A stretch of 64,000 bases of DNA from an uncultured Verrucomicrobiae bacterium (lineage in GTDB: Bacteria > Verrucomicrobiota > Verrucomicrobiia > Chthoniobacterales > JAFAMB01): positions 4,064,001 through 4,128,000 of the forward strand of contig CAWIPH010000002.1 in the NCBI GenBank assembly GCA_963837955.1, in the 5' to 3' direction. Under the pieces are notes generated by a model that worked only from the letters and a program-made list of their open reading frames with translations, did not search any database and was not told the origin of the DNA. A program made the translations under genes and the position numbers. This document shows positions 49,706 through 60,786 of this stretch, piece after piece; position 1 is the first letter of the stretch; each line of letters opens with the position of its first letter.

Positions 49706-51928
49706 TTAAGCAACAGCGCGCTCGATTGAAAAATACCACGAATCGAACAGCTCATCCATGCTCCACCCGATCGAGTGGTCGCCGACCGTAACCTTCAGCT
49801 CTTTCCCACCCACCTTCCCGAGTTCGATCAAATCAACATCATATCGCTCAGCTAGTTGTCCAAGCTCCGCGCTTAGACCTGGTCTGCTGGAAAACAGTAT
49901 TCGCGATTGAGACTCGTTAAAAAGGCGTTCGTCGGTTCGCTGGCCCGAGTCGCCCAGAGAAACCGTCGCCCCTCTCTTTGCCTCGCCTGATATACAGGAT
50001 TCGGCCAGGGCGACCGCCAAACCGCCCTCCGAACAGTCGTGCGCGCTCTGGACCCAGCCAGCTCGAATCGCCTCGGTTAAAAATTTCTGCACAGACAACT
50101 CTTTGTCGTAGTTCAAACGAGGCGGGATTCCGGCTTTCAATCCATGGATCGATCTTAAGTAGAGCGATCCTCCCATTTCGTCTCCGACGCCGCCGACTAG
50201 CCAGACCACATCGTTCTCCCGTTGAAATCCCTGACGGGTAATCCATCGCTCTTTTTCGATCAAACCCACCATACCGACCGTCGGGGTAGGATCAACGGTG
50301 CCAGCCGGGCTCTCGTTGTAGAGGCTCACATTCCCGCCCACGACCGGAGTGTTAAAACGCCGGCACGCTTCGGCCAGTCCTTCCACTGATTCTCGCAATT
50401 GCCAAAAATTCTCCGGCCGATAAGGGTTTCCGAAGTTCAAATTGTCGGTGACTGCCAGGGGTGTCGCTCCCGAGCAGACCAAATTACGAGCAGCTTCCGC
50501 AACCGCGATCTTGGCTCCCTCACGCGGATCCAGTTTGCAATAGATGCTGTTACAATCACAGGTAGCAGCCAGAAATTTTCCGGCTTCCCGAACGAAGAAA
50601 ACGGCGGCGTCAGATCCAGGCGGCACGACGGTACCGGCCCTAACCGTGTGGTCGTACTGCCGATAAATCCAGTTCTTGGATGCAACTGTGGGATGGCGGA
50701 GCAAAGCGAGCAAACTCTCCCGAGGATCGGCTTCTGGGATCTGATCCAGATCCAATGGTGCCGGAGGTGTGGGCGCGACAGCCTCGCGCTCATAAATTGG
50801 CGCTTCATCAGCCAGCTTTTTCGCGGGGATTTCTACCTCGACTTTGCCATGATCAAGTACCCGCATCATGCCGTCGCCAGTCACTTTGCCGGCCTCGGCA
50901 TAGGGCAAATCCCACTTCTCAAAAATTTCTTTGACGCGTTTTTCTTCACCGCGCCTCACGATAATCAACATGCGCTCCTGCGATTCGCTCAAAAGAATTT
51001 CGTAGGGAGTCATTCCGGGTTCACGCTTCGGAATTTTGGCCAGATCAATTTCAACCCCGGTGCCACCGCGACTTGCAGTTTCACAGGTGGAACAGGTCAG
51101 GCCGGCGGCTCCCATATCCTGAATGCCCGCGACGGCGCCACTCGCCAGCAGCTCTAAGCACGCTTCCAGCAATAATTTACCCTTAAACGGGTCTCCTACT
51201 TGAACGGCGGGTCGATCCTTTTTCGACGCATCGGTAAGATCGCGAGAAGCGAATGAAGCGCCAGCCAAGCCATCCCGTCCCGTCTCAGAACCAACATAAA
51301 AAACCGGATTACCGATTCCCGCGGCAGCGCCGCGAGCAATCTGATCGTGGCGTAAAACTCCCAAGCAAAAAACGTTGACCAGGGGGTTGCCGTTGTACGA
51401 TTCGTCGAATGCGACCTCCCCACCGATGGTCGGTACACCGATGCAGTTGCCGTAGTGGGCGATGCCGGCCACGACCCCGCGAAACAGCCGTCGGTTTTGA
51501 CGGGCGACCAAAGAGCTCCCATCGATCGGCCCAAAGCGAAGAGAGTTCAAAAGGAACACGGGACGCGCGCCCATCGTAAAAATATCGCGGATAATCCCGC
51601 CCACCCCCGTAGCTGCTCCCTGGAACGGCTCGACCGCACTCGGATGGTTGTGGCTCTCCATCTTGAACGCAATGGCCCAGCCGTCTCCGATATCGATGAC
51701 CCCGGCATTTTCCTCCCCCGCTCTGACGAGAATGCTGGGTCCGGTCGTGGGAAATTTTCTTAGCTCGATTTTTGTATTCTTATAGGAGCAATGCTCACTC
51801 CACATCACGGAAAACACCCCCAGCTCGGTCAGGTTTGGATCTCGACCCAGGATGGACCTGATCCGCAGATACTCTTCGTCGGTGAGACCATGAGCGCGAA
51901 TAACTTCAGGTGAGATCGCACCAATCAT
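49706..51928 (-). CDS. purL: FGAM synthase subunit PurL
   Basis: [42 protein letters not shown] overlap with purQ. Confidence 0.97.
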   Translation of the reverse strand: MIGAISPEVIRAHGLTDEEYLRIRSILGRDPNLTELGVFSVMWSEHCSYKNTKIELRKFPTTGPSILVRAGEENAGVIDIGDGWAIAFKMESHNHPSAVEPFQGAATGVGGIIRDIFTMGARPVFLLNSLRFGPIDGSSLVARQNRRLFRGVVAGIAHYGNCIGVPTIGGEVAFDESYNGNPLVNVFCLGVLRHDQIARGAAAGIGNPVFYVGSETGRDGLAGASFASRDLTDASKKDRPAVQVGDPFKGKLLLEACLELLASGAVAGIQDMGAAGLTCSTCETASRGGTGVEIDLAKIPKREPGMTPYEILLSESQERMLIIVRRGEEKRVKEIFEKWDLPYAEAGKVTGDGMMRVLDHGKVEVEIPAKKLADEAPIYEREAVAPTPPAPLDLDQIPEADPRESLLALLRHPTVASKNWIYRQYDHTVRAGTVVPPGSDAAVFFVREAGKFLAATCDCNSIYCKLDPREGAKIAVAEAARNLVCSGATPLAVTDNLNFGNPYRPENFWQLRESVEGLAEACRRFNTPVVGGNVSLYNESPAGTVDPTPTVGMVGLIEKERWITRQGFQRENDVVWLVGGVGDEMGGSLYLRSIHGLKAGIPPRLNYDKELSVQKFLTEAIRAGWVQSAHDCSEGGLAVALAESCISGEAKRGATVSLGDSGQRTDERLFNESQSRILFSSRPGLSAELGQLAERYDVDLIELGKVGGKELKVTVGDHSIGWSMDELFDSWYFSIERAVA

Positions 51929-52626
51929 GCCGTGGAAACCAACGCAGGTCCGAACATTGACCGAAGCAGCGGCAAACCATCTTCGCTTCCTAGGCGAGCA
52001 TCCCAAGCGCGATCCGGATGCGGCATCATACCGACGATATTGCGTTCCAGATTACAGATCCCGGCGATGTTGCGCAGACTGCCATTCGGATTTGCGGCCG
52101 CGGTCGCTTCTCCATTTGCATCAACGTATCGAAAGACGACCTGATCGTTGGTCTCCAGACTCTCGAGCGTCTCCTGGTCAGCGATGTAAGCACCCTCGCC
52201 GTGAGCGATAGGCAAACTCAACGTACGACCGCATTCTAACAACCTCGTGCACGGCGTTTCGACGGATTCCACGCGCAACCAAACCGGGCGGCAAGCAAAC
52301 AGCAGAGACTGATTTCGGATCAGCGCACCGGGAAGTAAACCGGCCTCGCACAGGATCTGAAAGCCATTGCAGATCCCAAGTATCGGCATCCCGTCTCGGG
52401 CGCTCGCCACAATCGCCCGCATGATAGGAGAAAACCGAGCAATGGCGCCGCACCGAAGGTAATCGCCGTAGGAAAAGCCGCCGGGCAAAACGATTCCGTC
52501 ATAAGCAGCGACGGAGGTTTCTTTATGCCAGAGGTAATTTGCGTCGAACTGCAGTCCGTCCGTTAACGCCCGAAGACAATCTTGGTCGCAATTAGATCCC
52601 GGAAATTGGACCACGCCGATCTTCAT
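51925..52626 (-). CDS. purQ: FGAM synthase glutaminase subunit PurQ
   Basis: [32 protein letters not shown]. Confidence 0.96.
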   Translation of the reverse strand: MKIGVVQFPGSNCDQDCLRALTDGLQFDANYLWHKETSVAAYDGIVLPGGFSYGDYLRCGAIARFSPIMRAIVASARDGMPILGICNGFQILCEAGLLPGALIRNQSLLFACRPVWLRVESVETPCTRLLECGRTLSLPIAHGEGAYIADQETLESLETNDQVVFRYVDANGEATAAANPNGSLRNIAGICNLERNIVGMMPHPDRAWDARLGSEDGLPLLRSMFGPALVSTA

Positions 52627-52877
52627 GTTCGCGTAGTTTCGTCCGCGCCAGGCAGACAAATCTCATAGTCTTCGACGACCGGATTAGAAAGCAAATCTTG
52701 GCAGATCTGTTCAAGCTTGCCTCGATCGGGCAGCGCGTCTGTTTCAATTTCTACCATCTTGCCCACCCGCACCGAACCAATCCCATCCATTCCTAGCTCC
52801 CGGATCGCGTTTCGAACGGCAACTCCTTGTGGATCAAGCACTGTTTTTTTGGGCATCACGACCACTTGCAGCTTCAT
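52623..52877 (-). CDS. purS: FGAM synthase subunit PurS
   Basis: VLDPQG, VRVGK, LLSNPVVEDY. Confidence 0.93.
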   Translation of the reverse strand: MKLQVVVMPKKTVLDPQGVAVRNAIRELGMDGIGSVRVGKMVEIETDALPDRGKLEQICQDLLSNPVVEDYEICLPGADETTRT

Positions 52878-53055
52878 GAGGAGAGGGGCACAATCGGGGG
52901 AGGAAGAGTTCGCGTAAAGGAAAATTTGCGACGCCTTCTCCCGTCTCAGCAAGACAGGAAAAGATTCGAGCTGGCTGCACTCCAGACGACTGCGCTGGGC
53001 TTAGAAATCATCCAGTGCTGGACAGCGGAGGCTCAGTTGATAAACTTCATCGAAT

Positions 53056-53895
53056 ATGCGCATTTTGCGGAAATGGCTCACGTTGAGCGCAATCGCACTG
53101 TTCCCTCTCGTTTCCATTTGGGCCGAACAAGATACCGGAAAGAAGGATTCGCCTTCCACGGTTCAACCGCTCACTTCCGAGGAGATGAAGCAAGCAGTGA
53201 CGATCGACACGATCACGGTACCGACGCCGGGTGAATTTTTTCAAGCAATCGATAAAGGGGGAAAGCCAAATTGGGCTTCGCAATTTCGGCCGCCAACCCA
53301 GATTGATGGTACTAGCCGGGCGCAAATGGCGCTGAACCTCGGCACGCTTATCGCAGACGGTTACATCGCTGTTGAGGCGCAAGACGGCCAACAAGTTAAA
53401 AACATCGGGCGAGATGTATTGACCTTGGCCAAGAAATTAAGCGTTTCAGATAGCGTGATAGCTCGTGGAAAAAGCATCAGTCAATTCGCGGAGAGTGGCG
53501 CTTGGGATCAACTCAATGAGGAGCTTGAAGCCACTCAAAATGAAGTAAAAAAGGCGCTCGAGGAAAACCGGGACACTGACCTGATCACCTTGGTAAGCAT
53601 CGGCGGATGGATCCGTGGTACGCAGGTTGTGACCGGCTTACTCGTACAAACTTATAGTCCGGAAGTGGCGAAGCTGCTGCGCCAGCCCGAGCTAGTGGAC
53701 TATTTACGAGGCAAGCTCGATCAGTTGCCCCAGCGAATCCGCCAAGACAAACTTGTGGTCCAAGTGAACGGAGAACTGCAAACAATGGCGAAGTTAGTTT
53801 CTTTTTCGCCCGACCATGTTCCAACTGCGGAAGAGGTTAAAACGCTCAACAAAACGGCCGCTAGCCTCACAAAAGAAATATCGACAGGAAAATGA
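53056..53895 (+). CDS. Secreted helical hypothetical protein
   Basis: Signal peptide; VPTPGEFF, ALNLG..IADG, GGW motifs; ATGA overlap with the next gene. Confidence 0.75.
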   Translation: MRILRKWLTLSAIALFPLVSIWAEQDTGKKDSPSTVQPLTSEEMKQAVTIDTITVPTPGEFFQAIDKGGKPNWASQFRPPTQIDGTSRAQMALNLGTLIADGYIAVEAQDGQQVKNIGRDVLTLAKKLSVSDSVIARGKSISQFAESGAWDQLNEELEATQNEVKKALEENRDTDLITLVSIGGWIRGTQVVTGLLVQTYSPEVAKLLRQPELVDYLRGKLDQLPQRIRQDKLVVQVNGELQTMAKLVSFSPDHVPTAEEVKTLNKTAASLTKEISTGK

Positions 53896-54326
53896 AATAT
53901 TTTCTTCCTTATCTCGGATGGTTCTGGGTGGCTGCCTCCCCGCTGGCTTTCGCGGAGATAGCCGACGATGAGGCTGCCATGAGAAGCGATGTTCTAGATC
54001 TCGCAGGAGCCTTCCAAAACGACGGGTTCAAAATCCGAGACGGTACGTGGTTCGCCAAAACCTCCAAGGACCACTCGGCCACAATCGCTGTAAATCTCTA
54101 CACCGGAAATGCTTACTGGTTTTCGGCGGCAGGTCCAAAATCGTCCACTGATCTCAAGATTACGATTTATGACAGTGGAGGCCGCCCGGTCTCTTCGGAG
54201 CCGTACCGATCGGAAAACAAGATAGCTTCCGGCTTTAGCCCGGACGCGAGTGGTCTCTATTACGTAAGAGTCTCCTCAGACGCTTCAAAGCCGACGAGCT
54301 TTTGCTTAATTTACTCTTACAAATAA
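53892..54326 (+). CDS. Secreted hypothetical beta-sandwich protein (PPC-like)
   Basis: Signal peptide ending AFA; NLYTGNAYWF, DLKITIYD, SGLYYVRV. Confidence 0.7.
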   Translation: MKYFLPYLGWFWVAASPLAFAEIADDEAAMRSDVLDLAGAFQNDGFKIRDGTWFAKTSKDHSATIAVNLYTGNAYWFSAAGPKSSTDLKITIYDSGGRPVSSEPYRSENKIASGFSPDASGLYYVRVSSDASKPTSFCLIYSYK

Positions 54327-54342
54327 AATCTTGGCGTATTTA

Positions 54343-54813
54343 ATGCCCACGGAAGAACCCCAAATCAGAGAAAAGACGTCCGGACCCGCGGTAAAGCAGT
54401 TTTCAGTCTTCCTCCTGAATAAGGTCGGAGCATTGCTCGAAATCGTTCGAATGCTGAATGAGAACGAAGTGCACGTTCTAGCCTTGAATTCTCAGGATTC
54501 GACAGATTCTGCGTTGGTGCGAATCGTAGCTAGCGACCCTGATGCGGTAGAAAACATCTTTGATCTGAACGAAATCGCGTACAGCATCTCCGATATCCTG
54601 GTTGTCGAAATGCGCGAGGTCGCGGTCGATCTTAGGAAGCTTCTCCAATGCCTCCTTATGGCGGAGGTCAATATTCAGGTCTGCTACCCACTTCTCCTTC
54701 GGCCGCATGGCCGATCTGCTCTGGCGCTCCACTTGGACGATCCCGACTGCGGCTGGTCGGTTTTGGTCGGAGAAGGATTCACAATTTTGAATCAAACAGA
54801 TCTTTCCCGTTAA
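54343..54813 (+). CDS. Tandem ACT-domain protein
   Basis: VKQFSVFLLNKVGAL, DSTDSALVRIV, EVNIQVCYPLL. Confidence 0.8.
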   Translation: MPTEEPQIREKTSGPAVKQFSVFLLNKVGALLEIVRMLNENEVHVLALNSQDSTDSALVRIVASDPDAVENIFDLNEIAYSISDILVVEMREVAVDLRKLLQCLLMAEVNIQVCYPLLLRPHGRSALALHLDDPDCGWSVLVGEGFTILNQTDLSR

Positions 54814-54897
54814 TTATTTTTTTGATAATGCTGATAATTCTGCGCGACATAAGCCCCGAAAATGGCTATTTCCGGCAGAGAAAAGTCCTTTGTCAGC

Positions 54898-55314
54898 ATG
54901 AAATGTGTTTTGGCATTGCTCTTTCTGGCCTCAGCTGCCCTAACCGGCTGCGAGCGACAGGATTCGTCTGCCGCCCAACCGTCCCGGACACCGGTCGTAA
55001 CGCGTACATCGGTTCCGCTTCGATTCTTCCTTTTCGGGCGCTGGGAGAAGCCTCGCTTTCAGGATGGTGACGCCAAGGAATACCTTTCCGAATACGATTC
55101 ATTTCTCGATCAATTTAAGGATGCTTATCGCGCCCTGAAGGGTGGAAATGTGACGGGTTTTCAGCGTCTTTTTGGCAGCGCTGAGGTCTTACAAACCAAA
55201 GCGACACAACTAGGCTCGAGGTTGAACGCCGACGACCAAAGGAGATTGAAAAAGTATCTCCAGACTCGCGCAGTCGAATTATACCAGTCCGGACTGGTAA
55301 GTGGCCTTCAGTAA
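54898..55314 (+). CDS. Hypothetical lipoprotein
   Basis: MKCVLALLFLASAALTGC lipobox. Confidence 0.6.
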   Translation: MKCVLALLFLASAALTGCERQDSSAAQPSRTPVVTRTSVPLRFFLFGRWEKPRFQDGDAKEYLSEYDSFLDQFKDAYRALKGGNVTGFQRLFGSAEVLQTKATQLGSRLNADDQRRLKKYLQTRAVELYQSGLVSGLQ

Positions 55315-55338
55315 TGGCTGGAGGGCTGGCTCCTGCGT

Positions 55339-57312
55339 CTACGCTGAATTCTGCCGATAATACGGGAATTGAACGATCTGATCTTCCCTGTTCGATTCAC
55401 TATCCGGCTCAAGATCGGTAAACCCGATTCCTAATCGGTGATCCCGATATAACGTGATTGCAACGTTCCGATTCACGCGGATGCATTGCTTGATCGCTTC
55501 GGGTTCCTTCTCGCAGAAAAGCACCGTCTTCCAGGAAAAAATATGTTTTGGTTTGTGGAAATCGCTGTTGGCGACAAACGGCAGTCGCTTCAGGCCGATC
55601 GGATTGAAAATGTCGTCTCGGTTTGCCACTTCCCAGGCATCCAACAGCGGGGCGTATTGATCTATGTGCTCCCAGAAATAGAGTGTGTTCTTGCCCCAGT
55701 GCGTCTTAAACTCATGAGGATGTGACGCGATGGCCAATGCACCCTGCGCATGAATTTCTGCGATCGTCTGCGTGATCGGTAAGCCTGGACTGATCGGCTT
55801 CTTGAGGTCGACCGCCAAAAGATGCGCCGAGCTCCTCCTAGTAAGCCCGTCTTTGTTGAATTCCAGGCCGGCGAGAAGAACCAGCCGATATTTCTCTAAC
55901 GCTCGTTTTTTCTCCTTTTCAATGATCTCAAAATATTCGTCGACCTGATCCAAGGTTAGCACGAGTCCGGTGAGATTGGTCACTCTGCCGATTAGCTTAG
56001 TGTGATCGCAAATGTGATCCGTGATGCAAAGCACATCGAACCCGCGTTGCCCATAGAAGTCGACCAGTTCTGGAATCGTCAGCTTTCCATCCGAAAAAAC
56101 AGAATGGGAATGGAAATCGCAGAGAAGAATGGACGGCGATTTTACCAAAAGATTAGCCGGGACGGTTTCCTTTGGAACGATCGACCGGCGCGGTTGAACC
56201 ACTTCGGCCAAAGCCAGGTCGAGAATGAACCGAGCAATCTGCAGCGAGGCGTCAGGTCGACTCAATCGCGAGATGTTGTCGACCCATCGATGAAGTTCGG
56301 CGCCGCCGTCGGCAAAGGCATCATCCAGCGCCTCAACAATAGCGTCAGGGTCTGGCGCCAATCGGCCACAGTCATTTTCAACGATCAGCCGAGCATTTCC
56401 TTCCTCTTGTCCAGGAACAACTTGGCTGATTATGACCGGCGTTCGAGCAGCAATCGCTTCCTGGACAGTAGCACCACCTGCTTTTGTGATAATAAGATGA
56501 TGGCTCGTGAGAAGCTCCGGCATCTTAGTCGTCCAGCCCAGTATTTCCACCGGATGGGTTGGCGATTTCGCTTCCATTTCGATTTCTCGGCGAAGACTAG
56601 TGTCCCGGCCGACCGTAACCGTCAGCCGAATGTCCGAACGACGCGCTAATCGGCGAACCAGAGCCGGAGCCTCTTTCTTGCCGGAATTGATCATGTACAA
56701 AACGCGGCGGGGCCCGGTATCACTGCTGCCGAACCGGCGATCGTTCATTTCGGCGAACCGATGGGTCACCGGAAAACCAAAAATTCTAATGCGATCATCG
56801 GTCACACCCCCGGCACGCAAGACCGCCGCAGTGTCCTCGTTGGCAACAATAAAGTAATCGCTCGCACACCGGTACCAGACCGAATTGACGGTAATCGAAT
56901 CTGTTACGACCGTGATTTGGGAGAAGGGACGAGGCTCTCCTTCGGGATACGTTTCATCGATCACGTAGTTATAGAGCGGGTAAGTCGAGACGACCGCGTC
57001 AGGTTCTATTTGGTTTAGCAGGTCGATCATCGAGCGCTTCATTTTGGCTAACATCACCATGTTCGACTCCACGAACTGGGTGCCATCAATCACATTATAG
57101 ATTTTTCCCCAGACCCGGGGCGTGCGGTTTATCGCCGCGATATAAGCCTTGCGAAGAAACTCGTTGAGTTTGCCGTAACAACGTTCGAACAAATCAACGA
57201 TTTGAACATTCACCTCGTCGGGAGCCACCAGCTCCAAGGCATCTCGAATGTTCCGGGCCGCGGTATTGTGTCCTTCCCCAAAACCGGCGGTGAAGATCAA
57301 AATTTTTTTCAT
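55339..57312 (-). CDS. UgtP/MGDG-synthase-like GT28 glycosyltransferase fused to a C-terminal PHP domain
   Basis: FGEGHNTAA, TVVTD, GFPV, ITKAGG, PGQEEGN; then DFHSHSVFSDG, ITDH, GLE, SHP, ANSDFH. Confidence 0.88.
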   Translation of the reverse strand: MKKILIFTAGFGEGHNTAARNIRDALELVAPDEVNVQIVDLFERCYGKLNEFLRKAYIAAINRTPRVWGKIYNVIDGTQFVESNMVMLAKMKRSMIDLLNQIEPDAVVSTYPLYNYVIDETYPEGEPRPFSQITVVTDSITVNSVWYRCASDYFIVANEDTAAVLRAGGVTDDRIRIFGFPVTHRFAEMNDRRFGSSDTGPRRVLYMINSGKKEAPALVRRLARRSDIRLTVTVGRDTSLRREIEMEAKSPTHPVEILGWTTKMPELLTSHHLIITKAGGATVQEAIAARTPVIISQVVPGQEEGNARLIVENDCGRLAPDPDAIVEALDDAFADGGAELHRWVDNISRLSRPDASLQIARFILDLALAEVVQPRRSIVPKETVPANLLVKSPSILLCDFHSHSVFSDGKLTIPELVDFYGQRGFDVLCITDHICDHTKLIGRVTNLTGLVLTLDQVDEYFEIIEKEKKRALEKYRLVLLAGLEFNKDGLTRRSSAHLLAVDLKKPISPGLPITQTIAEIHAQGALAIASHPHEFKTHWGKNTLYFWEHIDQYAPLLDAWEVANRDDIFNPIGLKRLPFVANSDFHKPKHIFSWKTVLFCEKEPEAIKQCIRVNRNVAITLYRDHRLGIGFTDLEPDSESNREDQIVQFPYYRQNSA

Positions 57313-57479
57313 CAAAACCAAAAAATTTGCTAAGCCGTTTGTACTTCGCTGGCGGAATTTGCTTACATAGGTTGATGAGCGGGTGAGGTTAGCGGAATGA
57401 GCGCTTTCCTTCCAGCGATTTTAGAGCCGAGCTGGCCGGCGCGAAACATCAAATATTTGCACGATAAGAGGAGCTAAGT

Positions 57480-58517
57480 TTGTATTTGCCAAATTTGCGG
57501 AAGATCCAATCCCACCACTCGGGCCGGTGGGTACCGCTGCTCCTCCTCTATATCTTAGCTGCTTCATTTGCTCCGGGTGAGGACCCGGAAGAAGAGAAAC
57601 GTTTGCGAGAGCTCTTCCTCAAAAGCCGCCAGCAAATGGAAATTGTTCCCAGCCCAACCCCAACGCCCAAACCGACTCCCATTCCGGCAACCCCTCCGCC
57701 CAAGCGATTTCGCTATCGTGAGCCGGATGAACATCCGAAGGCTCAAGCCACCCAATCTTTGTCGCCCCAGCAGCACCAACCCCCCTCAACCGAGGTTTCA
57801 GAAACTCCTAGTCCCACCTCAACTCCAGAGCCTGAAATAACTAAGTCTCCGGCAACGGAAGAGACGCCACCGCTGCTATCGGCTCCTCCCCCAACACCGA
57901 AGAAACGGCATGGCTGGTTTTTCTTTGGCAAGAGAGACGATGATGAAATCGTGGTTCAAAAGTCGGGCGACGAGAGCGACATGGCACCGGCCGGCGACCA
58001 CCACGGTCGTTGGCGATACCTTACCCCGGCCGTCCGCAAGGCCATCGATGACGCCCGCGTTGCGCGGAACCGCTGGAAATACATCGTCGTTCACAACAGC
58101 GGGACGCGCCAAGGCAATGCTCGAATTTTTGACTACTATCACCGCCACGTTCGCAAGATGCCGAACGGATTGGCCTACCATTTCGTTATCGGCAACGGTA
58201 CCTCGACGGGCAACGGCCAAATCGAAATTGGCAACCGTTGGGTCAAACAAATGGCTGGCGGCCACGTTCACAGCGATTACTTAAATTATATTGGGCTCGG
58301 TATTTGTTTGGTTGGCGATTTCAACCGCGATCTCCCGACTCGCGCGCAATATGAAGCGCTGGATGAGCTCATCCGCTATTTGCGGCAGAGAGTCGGCAAG
58401 GTCGATGGGCACTATTCGATTGTTTTGGGTCACAAGGAAATCAATCCCCGACCGACGGATTGCCCCGGCAACCGTTTCCCTCTGCATTGGTTGCACCGCA
58501 CCTTTCCCAATCAGTAG
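57480..58517 (+). CDS. N-acetylmuramoyl-L-alanine amidase (Amidase_2/PGRP-like) with Pro/Thr-rich linker
   Basis: YIVVHNSG, AYHFVIG, GICLVGDF, LGH, TDCPG zinc-ligand pattern; start uncertain. Confidence 0.88.
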   Translation: MYLPNLRKIQSHHSGRWVPLLLLYILAASFAPGEDPEEEKRLRELFLKSRQQMEIVPSPTPTPKPTPIPATPPPKRFRYREPDEHPKAQATQSLSPQQHQPPSTEVSETPSPTSTPEPEITKSPATEETPPLLSAPPPTPKKRHGWFFFGKRDDDEIVVQKSGDESDMAPAGDHHGRWRYLTPAVRKAIDDARVARNRWKYIVVHNSGTRQGNARIFDYYHRHVRKMPNGLAYHFVIGNGTSTGNGQIEIGNRWVKQMAGGHVHSDYLNYIGLGICLVGDFNRDLPTRAQYEALDELIRYLRQRVGKVDGHYSIVLGHKEINPRPTDCPGNRFPLHWLHRTFPNQ

Positions 58518-58703
58518 CAGAGAAGTTCGGAGCGATCGAACAATTTGCCGACCGGACGACTCCGGAAACGCGAATCGGTTGTGGAACCAGATCGCCGCTT
58601 GAATTAGAGAGAACAGTCGGCAAATAAAGTAGACCGCGAATGGACGCGAGTCAGGCTGCTCATCCATGTCCCATTCGGGTCCGTGTGTGGTTCCGATAAA
58701 ATC

Positions 58704-59600
58704 ATGTTAATCGGTTTAACCGGGGCCTCCGGTTTTCTCGGCCAAGAAATCATTCGCCAAGCTACATCGCGAGGCGACCGAATCGTTGCTTTTTCTCGAA
58801 ATCCCGAAATACCTGTGCCAGGGGCCAATCGCACAGAGGCTTTTGGCGCCGCGATGCCGGTCGACGGCCTCGACGCGGTTTTGCATCTAGCGGGAGAATC
58901 CCTTCTGGGGCTTTGGACTCGATCCCGGAAAGAGCGGATCTCACAAAGCAGAATTGAAGGGACGCGATCAGTGGTAGAGGCGATGCGGAATGCTCCGAAT
59001 CCCCCGCGCACGTTGGTGTGCGCTTCCGGAGTCAGCATTTATGGCGACCGAGGGGACGAGGAATTGGTCGAAGAAAGCGACGTCGGTAAGGCTGGTTTTC
59101 TACGCGATGTCGCGGTTGCCTGGGAATACGAGGCGATGCGCGCCAGAGAGTTCGGTATCCGAGTGGTCGTGGTCCGAATCGCCATGGTACTTGGGCAGAA
59201 GGGAGCACTCGCACTAATGTTACCGGTGTTTTCCTTGGGATTAGGAGGCCGAGTTGGGGCCGGCCATCAATGGATGTCCTGGATCCATGTCGAAGACGTA
59301 GCAAGCCTGTTCTTGCACGCGACCCGAGAGAGGTCTCTGCTAGGACCGATCAACGGGGTCTCCCCCTTTCCCGTTCGAAACCGAGATTTCACTCGAATTC
59401 TTGCAACAACGCTTCGGCGACCTGCATTTTTCGTCGTTCCGAGTTTCATCCTAAAAGCGTTGCTACGAGATCAGGCCTCGTTGTTACTCGATAGCCAGCG
59501 CGCTTCACCGAAGCGAGTGCTGGAAACCGGTTTCAATTTTCGTTTCTCACATTTGGAAGAGGCGCTGCGGGATTTATTGAAGGATTCACCACGTTCGTGA
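58704..59600 (+). CDS. TIGR01777/YfcH-family NAD-dependent epimerase-like protein
   Basis: LTGASGFLG, HLAGE, SRIEGT, QWMSWIH, LLDSQR. Confidence 0.88.
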   Translation: MLIGLTGASGFLGQEIIRQATSRGDRIVAFSRNPEIPVPGANRTEAFGAAMPVDGLDAVLHLAGESLLGLWTRSRKERISQSRIEGTRSVVEAMRNAPNPPRTLVCASGVSIYGDRGDEELVEESDVGKAGFLRDVAVAWEYEAMRAREFGIRVVVVRIAMVLGQKGALALMLPVFSLGLGGRVGAGHQWMSWIHVEDVASLFLHATRERSLLGPINGVSPFPVRNRDFTRILATTLRRPAFFVVPSFILKALLRDQASLLLDSQRASPKRVLETGFNFRFSHLEEALRDLLKDSPRS

Positions 59601-59644
59601 CCCCTCCGAGCCAAGCGTGTCGTTCGGCAGCCTCGCGCCTCGAC

Positions 59645-60721
59645 CTAAGGAACCCGTTCCTCGACCAAAAATCGCTCAAGGACCTCCTTCAGCTCCGGTA
59701 TTCCATCTGCGCGCTGAGCTGCAATTGGCACGATAGTCTTATCTGAAAAGCGTTGCCGAAGTAGTCGCAGATTTTCTTCAGCTCCCCCCAAATCCATTTT
59801 GTTGGCCACGATAATCCACGGTCTCTCGGAGAGTTGTGGGTCGTAGAGATCGAGCTCACGTCGTAGGGCTCCGAGATCCGCCAGGGGAGTACGGCCTTCG
59901 CTTCCCGCGGTATCGAGGACAAAGATCAACAGCTTGCAGCGGACAATGTGGCGAAGAAAATCATGGCCAAGTCCAACATTACGGTGCGCTCCCTCGATGA
60001 GTCCCGGGATATCCGCGACTGTGGCCCGCACATAGTTCGGAAATTCTACTACTCCGATCATTGGATTGAGGGTGGTGAACGGATACGGAGCGATCTTTGG
60101 ATGAGCCGCAGAGATTTTGGTCAATAGAGTTGATTTCCCGGCATTGGGGTATCCAACCAGTCCGGCATCCGCAATCGTCCGCAATTCCAGCAGAAAGAAC
60201 CCTTCTTCACCGGGTCCCCCCTCCGTGAATTGGCGTGGGACACGGTTTCTGGAACTCTTGAAGTGCGTGTTACCTTTTCCACCGGCACCGCCGCGGCACA
60301 GCAAGAATTCCTGATCCTTTTCCGTAAGATCTGCGATCAGCACACAATCTGCCGGATCAATTCGCGGCTTAGTCGGAGCCGTTGGATTGTCTTCATCCGT
60401 GGCTACCGGCTCGAGTTTTTGCGGCGGAATCCGGTAAACCACAGTTCCCACCGGCACCTTGTATATCGAATCAGACCCCGCCTTTCCGTACATATTTTTG
60501 CCGAGCCCATGCTCCCCCCGCTTCGCCCGCAAGATAGGTTGATAATAGAAATCGACCAGATTGTCTTTGTGAATGTCGGCGCGGAGTACAATATCTCCTC
60601 CTTTGCCACCGTCCCCACCGTCTGGGCCGCCTTTTGGAACGAACTTTTCCCGACGAAAGCTGACGCAGCCACTACCTCCATCTCCGGCTTTCGCCTGAAT
60701 TCTAATTTGGTCGACAAACAC
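59645..60721 (-). CDS. obgE: GTPase ObgE/CgtA
   Basis: FRREKFVPKGGPDGGDGG, GYPNAGKST, YPFTT, DIPG, NKMD. Confidence 0.97.
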   Translation of the reverse strand: MFVDQIRIQAKAGDGGSGCVSFRREKFVPKGGPDGGDGGKGGDIVLRADIHKDNLVDFYYQPILRAKRGEHGLGKNMYGKAGSDSIYKVPVGTVVYRIPPQKLEPVATDEDNPTAPTKPRIDPADCVLIADLTEKDQEFLLCRGGAGGKGNTHFKSSRNRVPRQFTEGGPGEEGFFLLELRTIADAGLVGYPNAGKSTLLTKISAAHPKIAPYPFTTLNPMIGVVEFPNYVRATVADIPGLIEGAHRNVGLGHDFLRHIVRCKLLIFVLDTAGSEGRTPLADLGALRRELDLYDPQLSERPWIIVANKMDLGGAEENLRLLRQRFSDKTIVPIAAQRADGIPELKEVLERFLVEERVP

Positions 60722-60786
60722 GTTTGATGACCGACAGCCAATAACAAATCTTAGCTATCGACTATTGGCTATTCATTTGTGGGAGA

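Noticed and set aside
50399..51157. Long antisense ORFs (also 37612-38238, 48479-49222, 56002-56649, 25819-26463)
   Set aside because: They lie opposite well-conserved genes and have no recognisable motifs; expected shadow ORFs in GC-rich DNA
52878..53055. Purine/ZTP riboswitch or PurR box upstream of purS
   Set aside because: No recognisable aptamer or operator by eye; an Infernal scan would be needed to exclude it fully
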